Source: Paraspadella gotoi
Lineage: Eukaryota > Animalia > Chaetognatha
Direction: 5' to 3'
Assembly (NCBI GenBank): GCA_051294375.1
Contig: CM119265.1
Location: 16,436,005-16,500,004 of the forward strand
Length of the DNA: 64,000 bases
Shown here piece after piece: positions 14,146 through 27,456 of the stretch. Both the position numbers and the translations under genes were made by a program. Position 1 is the stretch's first letter. Every line of letters begins with the position of its first letter. Below the pieces are notes generated by a model. That model worked only from the letters and a program-made list of their open reading frames with translations. It searched no databases and was not told the origin of the DNA.

Positions 14146-14954
14146 CTGTCCGGTGCGAAGGGGGGGGGAGGTGTAGGGTAATGCAAAGGTAAGTTAAGGC
14201 AAGTCGTTCAACGAGGGAGAAGCCTCGCTGCCGGTGGACCAATACAACATAATGCACGAAATAGAACAGGGAACCTGGAATGGTACAAACGACCGAAGGA
14301 TATTATCGATATTATCGTAGTCGTCGTCGTCGTCGTCGTCGTCGTTCTTCTATCTCACACCAGTAAAAAAAAGATTCCAAACTGTTTTAGCGTTAGACGT
14401 CGTCGTCGTCGTCGTCGTCGTCGTGGAGTTAATAAGAAATTCCCCATTACTGATTCAGTTGCCCCTTGAGGTTCGAATCTTATTTCGACGCAGAAGCGTC
14501 GTTCGTTCCTTGGCAACGAAAATCTGCGTCTTCGTTTTGAAGGGAATTCGGTTCGGGGGTCAAATCGCGTTCGAAACAAAACAAAGAAGGATGGAAGATA
14601 CATTGACTACATCCCCTTGTCGTCCTTTTTTCATTCCCATCGATTCCAAACTATTTCTAGACCCTAAAGCCTTAACTTACCCTCATCTTTTCCAACTTAT
14701 TTCATAACCAAACCCATGAACCCAGAAATCCTTTCGGATCGCGAGCGTTCAATTTCCAACCTTTGTTTCGATCTTTTTTAACCTTAAGTTCACCCTGGCA
14801 ACTCTCATCCCCACCGACCCTCTACTCACTCCCCACTCCCCACTCCCTACTCCCCTTCCCCCCCCCAATTTCCCCGCTCCCCCCCTCCCACGCAACCTGA
14901 TGAGGGGTTTTTTGGGCGGCGCGATCCACTCGTGGCCGTAAGCGGCGCCGTTCA

Positions 14955-15110
14955 AAGTCGCCATCTTGGATCCTTCGATTGTCTCTGTCTCTGTCCCGAG
15001 TCTTTTCTCTCTTATTTGTTGTTTTTTTCTCTCTCTCGTCTTCTCTCCGAAATTCGCCGTCGGAGGTTCAAGGGGTCACGTGACCGGATTTTTAAGGGTC
15101 ACGTGACCCT
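14955..15110. promoter_or_regulatory. Putative promoter/enhancer: YY1-like CGCCATCTT plus two palindromic GTCACGTGAC E-boxes
   Basis: cgccatctt near 14959; ggtcacgtgacc at 15074-15085; agggtcacgtgaccct at 15095-15110. The context is GC/CpG-rich and lies ~0.9 kb 5' of a VGLUT exon. Function is inferred from motifs only. Confidence 0.35.
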
Positions 15111-15612
15111 CGTTCACCGGCGGCGATCGAGAGAGAGGGGGGGAGGCGTTTCTTGAGTTGGGGGGGGTCAGGGGGTTGGGCGAAAGGGGCAGTGGGCGTG
15201 TCAAGAGGCGAGGCGAGGCGTCGCTTTCATCCTCTCGTTGTTCCCGGGCTTCAAATCATGGTAGCCGCCGCATCTGAGAACGGGACGTTAATAATATAAT
15301 TGTATCATTTTTAACAGTATATTTATTCAAATAAGATGTGGTTTTTTTTTAGAAAGTGAGAAAAAAATATTTTTAAAAATCGGCGGGAAAATTTAAAATC
15401 TAAGAATGCGAGATTCGTTGACGACGATTCGCTTGAATTTCCGTTGATGTCGTCGTCGTCGAGGTCGTTGTTGTTATTGTTGTTGTTTTCGTTGTTGTTG
15501 TCGTCTGTTGTTCTCAGAGTCTCGCATCGCGATTCACGACGGGAGGCGAAAAGGAGTCTTCCCATCGACAGCGAAATCGCGACTGACCGCGCGACCGCTT
15601 TTGACCATGACC

Positions 15613-15702
15613 GCGGCGGCGGAGGCGGCGGAGGCGGCGGAGGCGGCGGAGGCGGCGGAGGCGGCGCAGGCGGCGGAGGCGGCGGAGGCGGCGGCGGTGG
15701 CG
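15613..15702. repeat. (GGCGGCGGA)n G-rich 9-mer tandem repeat
   Basis: About 10 copies are visible. They give poly-Gly/poly-Pro shadow ORFs. Confidence 0.9.
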
Positions 15703-16644
15703 GTCGAGACCCAAGATAAGACCCTTTTGGCACCAACGCGATGCAAAGAAGCCGAAGTCGAAGCGATAAGGAGACGGAGGAAGATGGGAGGAAAGGAAAG
15801 GAAGGAAAGGGAGAGAAGGAAAAAGGAGCTGGGTTGGAAGAGAGAGGGAGAATAAGAAAAGGATATATTTCGTAATAAGAGAAAAATAAGAAGAGATGAA
15901 GGTGGAGCTTTGTTATTGTTATTTGTTATTTTTTATTTTTTATTTTTTATTAGTTAATGAAGTAATGTGGTCCAAGGAAAATCAGGCGGACGCGTAGCTC
16001 GTCGAAAAATCACGAAAATCGTGAAGCGAAAGTGAAATGAGGAAAAAAAGACTAAATTCGGGCGACGATTCGACCGGAAATTATTTCTTTTTTTTTCTTG
16101 ATCGGAAGCGATTGAAGTGGAATTGATTAGTACATAAAATTATAAATTCGAATAAAATGTTTAACCAAACATCCGCGTGTTTTACTTTTATTCTGTCCGA
16201 TTATAGTTGTAACTTAATATTCAAAATTTACGCCTGGTATTCGGTAAAAAGATGTAAAAATGATAAAATTGTGACGTGGTGAGTAAATGAAGATTGACGC
16301 AGTTGTTTTCTCCGACGACGTGGCGCTGTGATGGCGATGTGATGGCGCAGCGATGGTGAAAATACGGAAACCGAAGGAAAAGAAAGATGAGGTCACTCGA
16401 GAATTGAGAGGAGAAAAAGGGGGGAAGGAAGAGGGAGGAAGGAGGAAAGTGGAGGAAGACATAAAAGAGGAAAGAGTAGAGGAAAGGAAACGAAGAGAGA
16501 GAAGGAGAAAAGGAATGAGGAGCTCAAGGACGGAAGTAGTTGGAGGATAAAGGATCTGAAGAGAAGGAAGAGAAGGAAGATAGAAAGAAAAAGGAGAATA
16601 TGGAAAAAAAAGCCGAAGGCGAATACAAAATTAAACTGGAGTAA

Positions 16645-16740
<96 letters not shown>

Positions 16741-16741
16741 A
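16645..16741. repeat. (AAAG)n microsatellite
   Basis: Perfect run. Confidence 0.95.
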
Positions 16742-18864
16742 AAAAAAATAAAGAAAAAAAGAAAGAAAAAAAGAAAGAAAGAGATAGACAGAGAGAGAGA
16801 ACCGAAAGGAGGTCCAAACGAAGGACTACGAAGAGACGAAATGGTAAACCCGAAAGAGAAGAGCAAATAAAGGAGAAAATAATGAGAGGAGAAAGACAAG
16901 TCTGTGAAGGAGGGAGAAGGTGGAAGAGGAGGAGGAAGAGGAGGAGGAGGAGGAGGAAGAGAAGTGAAAGAAAATAAGATTTGAGTCTGTGGCGAAACTG
17001 GAGGCCAAAACAGACGCTTGGCCAAAACAATGGGCAAATGGTTGTCACGTGAGGCGTGAAGAAGAGATGGGTTGAGAAGGGAAGAGGGGGGAGAGAGAGG
17101 GGGAGGGGAAGTTTAGGGGGGTGACGGTGATGAGGTTAGCTGGGTCGGAGGGGGGAGGGAGAGCGGGCGTGAAGTTGATTGAATTAGAGGAGTCAAGAGG
17201 TAAATAAAGGTTAATCTGAGTGTGAAAGGGATAAAGGAGTTTTCTCGAATCACTAGTGAGTTGTTACCATTCACTGACAGTGACAGTGACAACGAATTCT
17301 TAATTAAGGAGAGATGTTTGTAATAATCACTGCACAGGGGCTGGAATATATGGGTAGTGATAAAATATTATACTATACTTAGTTCTCAGTGTCTAACGAC
17401 ACGGTAATTCTTTTCTTCTACAGCGAAATCCTCTAAGACCGGAACTGATTTCGCCAGACGAGAGACTCCGTCGACTGAAGGTGAGACGCGTCAAAACAAA
17501 AGGGAGGAAAGAAAAGTAAAAAAAGGAGAAAAAAGGGAGGAAAGAAAAGGAAAAAAGGGAAAAAAAAGGGAAAAGAGAAAAAAAAAGGAAAAGGCGAAGA
17601 AACAAAGAAAGTTTTTCCTCGTCGTCGCTCGTCCCTCGTCTCTCGAGATTCTTAATGCGACTCGAGACAAAAATATTCACCCCCTCTGTTGTTTGGTGGG
17701 GTTGGGGGGCGAGTGGTGATTGAGGTGGGGGTGTTAGTGGAAGGACCGGGATTGGTTGGTGGTTTGAGTGCTACCAATGATGACGGAGACAGTGCGAAAA
17801 GGAAACTCAGTGAGAAACTAGCGAATTAACGACGAGAGCGTGTCAGAAAAATCAGTTTAAAATCAACGATGGTGTTATTTTCTTCTTTTTTTTGGCGTCG
17901 TTGTTGTCTGAAACTTCATTAGACCGAATCTGAAGACAATGATGCTCGATCCTGGCCTAGAAGGTTGAGAGAAACCTCGTTTTAGACTGAAGTTAGGAAG
18001 GTCGACTTCGTTGTCGTCTTCGTCGTCGTCGTTGTCGAAACGAAAAACAGTCGCGGAAAAGGTCAGCCGGAACTGGAGCGCGCCAACGAGGATCGAGCGC
18101 GAGAGAGAGAGGGAGAGCGAGACGAAGAGCGAGACAGAGACGGAGGGCGTTAACGAGATGATATACGGCGATGGTAATGAGACGACGACGACGACGACGA
18201 CAGAAACAACAACGACACGGTAGCTTAATGGTGGGAGACGGAGCGACAGAAAGCTTTCATCCGTTTTGGATTCATCTCTCAAACTTAGTCTTAGTCCTTG
18301 ATTTTGTATAAAAAAAAACGTACATTTAAGTCTTATAAATCATTAACGATACATCTTGTTATATATATATGTGTGTGTATATATAGGATATTGTCGAAAT
18401 GGAGAAATGTCCCAGACAAGCGAAACCAATGGCCAATGCAATGGACATGAGAAACTCATCATTGACCCAAAGTCTGTCTCACTCTCCCGACTCCCTCTCC
18501 CTCTCTCCCTCTCACTCTCCCTCTAACGCAATTCCACATATCAGCGGACATTTCATTCTCGACTGAGACTTCAAAGAAGGTTGACTTACCCACCTCGCCT
18601 TCTCCCAATCTCTCAACCTCTGCCCACGAAATTGACAGAGACGGACCAAGGACCCTTTCATCCCCCCGTCCTTTCCTCACCCCTTCCTCATCCCTTCCTC
18701 CCCCGCCTACTCTTTCGCTTCTGTTCTCGCCAATTGATTAATGGAAGAAGATGAGTGAAAAATTGGTCAGTTTACGTCTCGATGCGGAGGAAGAAGAAAG
18801 GAAAGGAGTAAAGGAAAAGGGAACGGAATAGAAGAAAGATATTGAAAGGAAAGTAAAGGAAGAG

Positions 18865-18942
18865 GAAAGGAAAGCAAAGGAAAGGAATAGGAAAGGAAAG
18901 GAAAGGAAAGGAAAGGAAAGGAAAGGAAAGGAAAGGAAAGAA
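18865..18942. repeat. (GGAAA)n microsatellite
   Basis: Visible run. Confidence 0.9.
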
Positions 18943-20862
18943 AGGAGAAAAAAACGGATGGAAAAAAATGGAAAATGAGTCAAAAAAAGTCAATTTAAAG
19001 AAGAAAAAGTAAAAGCGATGACCAGCGGATGGATGGCGGGAAATTCGGACAGACAAAAGGACAAAGTCGAACGAAGAAGAATGTACGATGACAAGACTCG
19101 AACGATTTGGAAGACGAACGACGAGTAGGGCGATTACTGAAGGGCGCGAGGGCAATTGTGGGGCAACCGCCGGGAAATCGTCGAAGGATGAGCAGGCAAT
19201 CGCGGGGCAATCGTAAAGGAATCGCCAGTTGACTCGCGGGTGAATGTAGATTGCAGATTGCAGAACAATCGAGAATAAATCGATGAGTAAATGGTGAGGC
19301 GTGAGAGCGAAGCTAAATGCAAGATTGTGTTGTTATCATTTAAGAAAGCAAAGTCAATGGGCAAAGCTGTAGGTGAAATTGAATTCAGACAAAAATGCGA
19401 ATTTTAAGACAACGGGCACAAATAAATAAAAATCGCCTTCTAAGCTAAAAGTTAGGAACAAATTTTCAAAAAGAGCGTTTTTTACATATAAAATAAATAT
19501 TTAAACAAATGCATAATTTCATATATCTCTCATAAAAAAAAAAACTCCCACGGTTATTTTTTTCCTGTTTTTTTTTTGCTGTTTTATGAGCGAAGCGGAA
19601 GCAGGACTGAAAGAAGAGAGAGAAAGAGAGAGAGAGGGAGATGACGAGAAGAGAGAACTTGAGAGAGAGAGAGAGATAGGCGGGCGACTTTACCCCGGGC
19701 CGAGACAGACTATTTTTAGTTTCCCGCTTCGCCTGTGGACGACGAAAATCCATTAGAATTCTCTCTCTCTTTTTTCAAACTGTTTTACTTTGGCGTTTTT
19801 ACTTTGCGTTGGCCTTTTTTTCTATTTATTTCTAGCGCTTGTTTTAAATTGTTTTTAACTCAAAAACTTTTTAACTTAATAAACATATTTTGTTTATATT
19901 ATATGTATGCATTTTCTCCCACTCTTTCTTATTTTTTTTTCTACTTTCCTTGGTACATCTTACCAATATCTTGCTTAGGACTTCTACGACTTCTCACTTT
20001 GCAGACTTCACATTTTACAGATGAGAAAAGAAGAGAAAGAAAGAGAAGCGGCGAATTCTTAGAAAATCCAAAAAAATTAACATCAAGAAAGCAAAATAGG
20101 AGAAATTTTGCGACGAAATATTTAAAAATAATAATAGACTTATGCTAATCATAAAGAAAAACGAAAAAAAACTTTGATGAAAAAGAAAAGAAAAAAGATT
20201 CCAAAAAAAATTGGGAAGACGATAGAACAGTTTCTGTCAGGTCTTCAGACTTTTATTTTACATTTATATAAAAAGAAAGAAATTAAGTCGATTTATTTTG
20301 TCAAATAAGTCAGGACGAGGGCTCCTGGCACGAAAAACAACCGAGTTCATTTAAGAATTTATGAATTGATACACAACTCTGAAAAAAAAGAAAACTAACA
20401 TGAATATTGAATAAGTCCGAGATTCTCATCCCTTTTAACAATTATTTCTTAAAAAAGCCCAGAAATCAAAGGGTCCGAGAAGATGGAGCCCTTTGAAGAA
20501 AATCGAGTAAATGAAGAAGACGATTCCCTTTCTGACTATTAAGCTCAAGAGGATGTGGCTCCTCAGCTTAAGTCCGTGAACTTTCATCCAGCGAAAACCT
20601 CGTCCTGACTTCGGCTTACTCAGCCGAAAAACGGGGCCACGCAGGGACAGATATTGACTCAAGGGCTGAGGCCGAGAGGATGATGATGATGATGAACTGT
20701 TGATGATGATGATGAGGATGATGATGGATGATGTGATGATGATGACGAGATGATGATGATGATGACGAAATAAAAAAATTGAACATTTTTTGCAATAATG
20801 GAAAAGTTACTTGAAACCGAATGTCAAGAGCAACAAAAAAGACGAGAGATAGCGCATAATTG

Positions 20863-20949
<87 letters not shown>

Positions 20950-22177
20950 ACGAGAGAGATTTTCGCGAATCAATTTTTGTGCTGCTTTCTGTGTCCGCGT
21001 AGTAAATCGAGCGCCGGCGAAAGTCGCAGGAGATTTTCTGCGCATGTGCTCGCGTTGAATTGCGCGCACTCTTGAACGTATCATCTGTTATCTCTTTGCG
21101 TGCACGAAGAAAGTCGCGCGGTTCAATATTTGAATTGGAAAAATCGAAGAGCAGAGAAAGAGAGAGAAAGAAGATAATGGTTTGCGCGAGATGAGACATT
21201 ACGTAATACGTATACTTATCGAATTGACATTTGTTGGTGTCGCTGATAACGAATTTATTCATTACAATTATATAATCTAAAATTTTTCCCGAATTCTCCA
21301 ATTTGTATCGGTATGGCTTTTAATCGCGATTTATATTCAATGCGAATTATTCAAATTCCGTCGATATCAGTTCTAATATCGGAATTCACCGGAAGCGAAG
21401 AGGCAACGCGTGACGTTACGTCATAACGGCCTTAGGCGACTCGCGTGGGAGAAGAAAGGAAAATAAATGGAAAAAGAGAGAGAAAAGGAAAAAAAAGAGT
21501 ATTGAGATGAAAAAAAGGTAAAAAAAAAGGGGAGGAAAAAGAAAAGAAATACGAAGAAGGAAAAACCTCAAAAAAAAACAATTTTGAAAAAAAAAATGTG
21601 TTAGAAAGAAACTTTGTTTTGGAAGTTGAGGAGCAGATGAATCGCCCACCGAAGCGTCGCCCACGCGTCGACCTTGAAAATGACAACTCTGTCGACGACG
21701 ACGACGACGACGACGACGAAAAAGAGACTCTAACCCCTAATTTTGTCAGTAGTTCTTGTTCCTTCTAAATTAAGCAACGCTTTTCTTGCCTCCCTCCGTC
21801 TCTTCTCGTCAACGATGAACCAACTTCTCCAATTGAGATTCCAACTGATTCACTCCGTCCCTCCTCTCCCTCCCTGCTTCCTTCTCTCTCACCCCCCCCC
21901 CCGACCCGAAAACCGTGAGCCGAAAAAACCTCACGCCCAGTGAATCTTGCGGGACGAGTCTCTTTTACGACTGCATCGCTTCGTCGTCGTCTCGTCGTCG
22001 CGTCGTCGTCGTCGTCAGTTACGGGACTCCCATCGCTTCGTCGTTCAATTGTCGTCGTCGTCGTCGTCATCGTTACGACTCCCATCCAGTCGTCGTTTCC
22101 TCATCAATTACGCCTTGGTGGTTATTCCTGTGTCGGCATCCGCGCCGGCAGTNNNNNNNNNNNNNNNNNNNNNNNNN

Positions 22178-25100
22178 AAAACACGCTTTCAAGTTTTCCA
22201 AAATATTCGTTATTAATCAGCCGCAGTAGACTTCTCTTCGTCTCTATTTCAGAATATAAATGATGCTTACATCCTTCGCACCAATTCTACGATTTTAAAT
22301 GGTTTTGAATAAATGAATGAAAGTCTAATAAGTTAAACACATTGAATATTTACATTTTTATAATTATAAAGTTATTAATTTAAGAATTTACCTTAGAACA
22401 GATAATTTTCCTGCTACTTTTAAATTATAATATTCGGAGGTTATGGTACATTTGAATACATATTATTTATTCTAAACGATTTTGAAACGATCAAGTTTTT
22501 TTTAAAAAATATTATAATAATAAATATCTTTCACTTGGGAAATCTCTTATTGCTTAATAAATATATTTCATTTTGTTCATTGTGGGGAAAACTCTCAGAG
22601 CTCCCGCGGTGTTTTAAAGAGAACTTCCAATTGAAGTTTTTCGCTGCCCGAAAGTGGCCCCCGCCCGTGGTCACCATTGGAGGGACTCGGACGCCGCCGG
22701 CACAACTTTTTGAACCGGAAAGTGATGCCAAGGACTCGAAAGGGGCGTGGGTAGCGCCGTCGCTTCGCATTTCGAATTGGACAACTAATTCTTGTCCCCA
22801 TTGGGCTCCAGCGGTCTTCTTTGTTGTTGGGGCGATGTGGAAGCGAAAGCCCCGGAACGATCAGGGCACAGAGAAAAGCTGGTAACCAAAAGGGGTTATT
22901 GTAGCAGCATTCGCAAATACGGTTGTGGCCAAAGATAACCCCAAAGCGGAAAAAAGAAGAAAAGAAAAAGACTCTCTTGGCAGAGAGTCGGCTGGCGATC
23001 GACTCATTACGTAACGAAGTTTAATAACATCAGTTGAGTAAAATTTTTGAACATGATAAACAGTCGAGAACACAAAGAAAATGGGGTTCTTGGCGAAATG
23101 ATTTATTGCCAGAATTCCGTACCCGCTTCTATTAGACGATAGGCTTTTTTTCCAGAGCATTTTGCGTGACCTGCCTCAGTCTTACAATTTTATTGCGCGA
23201 ATCATAAAAGAAGAATTTAAAGTGGAGTGCATTTTGTCAAGGTCAGCCGTAAATCGTTTTCTATTTACGCTGGTAGTAGCCGAAGATGTCATGACTCTTG
23301 TCTGTAGTCGATTTCGAACGTATGTCTTCGAAGGTTGCTCCCACAAAAACAGAGCGGATTTTCTATAACTTAGAGCTCGAGCCTTCGGCTTTATCACTTT
23401 TTTTAGCCAAAAAACAACAAAAAGAGAAAAAAAAAAGGATTTTTAAAGCCGGAAAAGAGAACGAATTTCACCTGGAGACTCCGAGTCATAAATCGCGGTA
23501 GAGGGCGGGCATATGGCGGACGCCGCAGGGTGGCCCGGCGTGGCGCGGGGTCCGACCGGCCGGTCAAATCACTCCTTGATAGGTCGCGCCTCTGTAGGTC
23601 AAAAGATTAGGGGCGTCACCTCTCGACGCATTGAAAAAATAAACTGGAGCAACTGTCGTCGCCTGGATTGAAGAAGGCTGACACGAAGCAACCGCGCACA
23701 TGTCTGCCTGATGTTGTTTTACTTGTCGTCCTCAGGTTGTTTTGTTAAAGTCCTCAACGAAACTCACCAGACAGTGAAAACAAATTAGTCTCTGCTCTCT
23801 GTCTCTCTCTCTCTCTCTCGTCGGAATTATCGTCGTCGTCGCCCTCTGTTTCGTCCAAAGCCGCCGCATAAAATGGAATCAACAAAGAATCATGAAGATC
23901 GATTTATCAAAGTGGGAGATAATCCAACTAAATTCCGGGGCTTCGCGTGGGCGGAGGAGGCCGGGCGTGGGTGAGGGAGGCGGACAAGGCCGGGCGGAGG
24001 TGGCGGGCGGCCATTCCGCTCCCGTTCTCCTGCGGCGGCGACCGGTGGAGCGGAAGCCGTTAAAGAGTCACTCAACTCTGGGAGAAGAAGCAGAAGAATT
24101 TGGGGTTTCGCAGGTGGAAGATGAAGGGATGGCGAGAGAAGTGAATGAAATTGTTTTGGTAGGTTTTATGTTGGTAGGTGAATGAATTATTAAATGAATG
24201 AATGAATGAATATACAAATAATAAGATGAATGAAAGGATAGATATTTTAATGAATGGAGGAATGAATGAATAAATAAATATACATGAATCAATAACTGAA
24301 TGAATGATTGCAAAAGCAAATAAAGGATTGATGTTTATTGGCTTAGAATTTGAATACCTAATAATGAATTGTCCAGCAAACAAACTTTGGTTGAAATTTG
24401 ATATCATGAAACGAGTGAAAAGACGAACGAAAACTTTCAAATTCGTTGTAATAACGTTGAAGACGTCAAGATGGAACGATCCTTTAATTCCACACGGCGC
24501 GTTGGACCCTTGGAGGGGGGGCCTTCCCCAACAACAACGTGTGTGTGTGTGCCATCCACTCTTCATCGCAAATATTTAACTCGCCCGAAGAAGAAACTCG
24601 CTATGAGTTCCATGTTTGCCAAACCGATCTTCTCTCTCTCTCTCTCTCTCTCTCGGCTTTTGGGCTTTTCCCATTCAATCAGCGCCAACCGTATTGCTCT
24701 TTTGTCGAGATTGATCGACTTTCGCAAATGAAATTACCGCCTTTTTTCGTGGGAAAAGGTAAAATAATTCGAATTATTTGAAATATAATATTTTTCGTCA
24801 AAAGTTTGCTGAGAAGGCTAGATTGACGTAATTAAATTAAAGCGACATTAGGCAATCTAAACAAATTCGGAAATTTTAGGTTGGAGACAAGTTTGTTTTT
24901 TTTTCGTTCAGTCGCTCCGAGGATCGCGTGACGTCTGACGATTCTATCAACGCCGTTCGCACTGTTGCCCTGCAACTGCATATTGACTCGTATTCAACAT
25001 GCACGCGCGATGGTTCTTTTATATTTACCACTGCGACTTTATTAGTTTAAATACCCTAACGCTTCCACGAACGCCAAAGAAAAAATTAACTTATTAAGCC

Positions 25101-25595
25101 CTTAAAAAATCGATAATCGGTTTTGGAAATTCTCGTCCGTCGTGATCGAGTTTTAATTAGCGAGCGTCTAACGAACCGGAAGCTTCTGTTCGCATCGTCA
25201 GCTCATCAAAACCAATTACGGCAGACTGTCGGTTAATGAGTACAGTTCGGAACAGCGTTCATAGCCGTCGCCGAGACAAATGAAGAGTAGTTAGGATAAA
25301 CTGTGAACTGGTGGAGGAAAATTTTAATAAATGTTTTTCGAGAGAAATTGTCTCAGGAAAATTTACGCAAATTTAACCGATGAAAACACAACAGTGAGTG
25401 ACCTTCTGAGCGAAAGGCGTCCACTCCAAGGTCAATGGCACCATCGCCCAGAAGATGGTAATTCCATTTGCGGTCAATTGATTCTCGCGCCGAATTGCAT
25501 CGCAGTTAAGAGACGCAGGAGAGTTCACTTACATTTAGCAAGAAGGAGGACGCAACAGCTTTCCCTTAATTTACCTGACGAGAGAGAGAGGAGAG

Positions 25596-25644
<49 letters not shown>

Positions 25645-25961
25645 GGGGGGGGGTCCGAAAAGAGGCGTCCAAAAATTCCATTAGGAATCGAATTAGTGAT
25701 TCATCACTATCCCTAAATGCTTTGTTCATGCAACAGATAGCAAAACCACCAGGGCTAATATTTATTCAACGCAGCTATTGAAAAACACATCCGAAAAAAG
25801 TCATAAAAGATCCCGGGTAATAAGTTAATATTGGTGAAAAAGAATATCGCTTAGAGCCTTTGTTCTAAGCGGATCTTCGTTTTAAAAGCGTTGGTCCCTT
25901 TTCATTAGGGATCTTACTGTCAAAACCCATTATCTTTCTCATTCTTAACGATGAAGTAGAC

Positions 25962-25996
<35 letters not shown>

Positions 25997-27456
25997 AGAG
26001 AGACGGAGAGAGAGAGTGAGAGAAAGAGAGAGAGAGATATGAGGAAAGAGAGAGGAGAGGAGAGATAATTTGTTTTCACTGTTTGGTGAGTTTCGTTGAG
26101 GAGTTTAGACAAAACAATCCTGAGGACGAAAGAAACAACATCAGGCAGAATGTGCGCGTTGCTTCGTGTCAGCCTTCTTCAATCCAGCGACCATCTCAGT
26201 TTTTTAATGCGGAGAGGTGACCCCCTAATCTTTTGACCTAAGAGGCGCGATATCAGGAGTGACTTTGACCGCGTCGACCCGCGCCACGCCGGGCACCTGC
26301 GGCCTCGCCTATGCCCGCCCTCTACCCGATTTATGACTCGGAGTCTCCAGGTGAATTCGTTCTCTTCCGGTTTAATCCTTTTTTTTTCTTTTGTTGTTTT
26401 TTGGCTAAAAAAAGTGATAAAGCCGAAGGCTGAGCTTAAGTTATAGAAAAATCCTTGTTTTTGTGGGAGCAACTCGAAGACATAGTTCGAAATCGACCAG
26501 AAAGAGTCAATGACATCTTCGGCTACTCAACAGCGTAAAATAGAAAACGATTTACGCTGACCTTGACAAAATCATCCCTTTAAATTCTTCTTTATCATCG
26601 CAATAAAATTGTAAGACTGAGGCAGGTCACGCAAAATGTTTGGAAAAAAGCTATCTCAATAGAAGCGGTACGATTCTGCAATAAATCTTCGCCAAGAACC
26701 ATTTTCTTTGTGTTCTCGACTGTTATCATGTCAACATTTTACTCAACTGATTTATTAAACTTCGTTACGTATGAGTCGATCGCCGACTCTCTGCCAGAAG
26801 TCTTTTTTTTTTCTTTTTCCGCTTTGGTTATCTTTTTGCCACCAACGTTTTGCGATGTGCATACAACCCCTTTGGTTCCAGCTTTTCTGCCCTGATCCGG
26901 GGCTTCGCTCCATCGCCCCAACCGCTGAGCCAATGGGGAAAGAATTTATTTCCATTCGAATGCGAAGCGACGCCTACCACGCCCCTTTCGAGTCTTGCAT
27001 CACTTCCGGTTCAGTTTCCGGGTCGAGTCCCTCAATGGTCGACGCCACTTTCGGGCAGCGAAAACTTCATTGGAAGTCTTTTAACGCGGCTCTGAGAGTT
27101 TTCCCCACAATGAACAAATGAAAATATTTATTAAGCAATAAGAGATTTCCAGTGAAAGATATTTATTATTATATATTTTTTAAAAACTTAGACGTTTCAA
27201 AATCGTTTAGATAAATATATGTATTATGTACATAACTCCGATATTATAATTTAAAATAGGAAAATTACTTGTTCTAGGTATTCTTAAATTATACTTTATA
27301 ATTATAAAAAGTAAATATTATGTTTAATTATTAGACTTATTCAACATTTAAATCGTAGAATTGGTGCGGGATGTAAGCATTATATTCTGGAAATAGAGAG
27401 AGAGATCTATGCGGTGACTTAATAACGAATATTTGGAAAAACTTGAAGCGTGTTTT
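22178..27456. repeat. Large inverted duplication: arm 1 ~22178-23820, arm 2 ~25960-27456, ~2.1 kb spacer
   Basis: aaaacacgctttcaagttttccaaaatattcgttattaa (22178) is the reverse complement of ttaataacgaatatttggaaaaacttgaagcgtgtttt (~27419-27456). Colinear similarity continues through both arms, which differ mostly by 1-3 nt indels. Confidence 0.9.

Noticed and set aside
15323-15855. Poly-Pro, poly-Gly and AEA-repeat ORFs
   Set aside because: Products of the (GGCGGCGGA)n repeat, with no splice or homology support.
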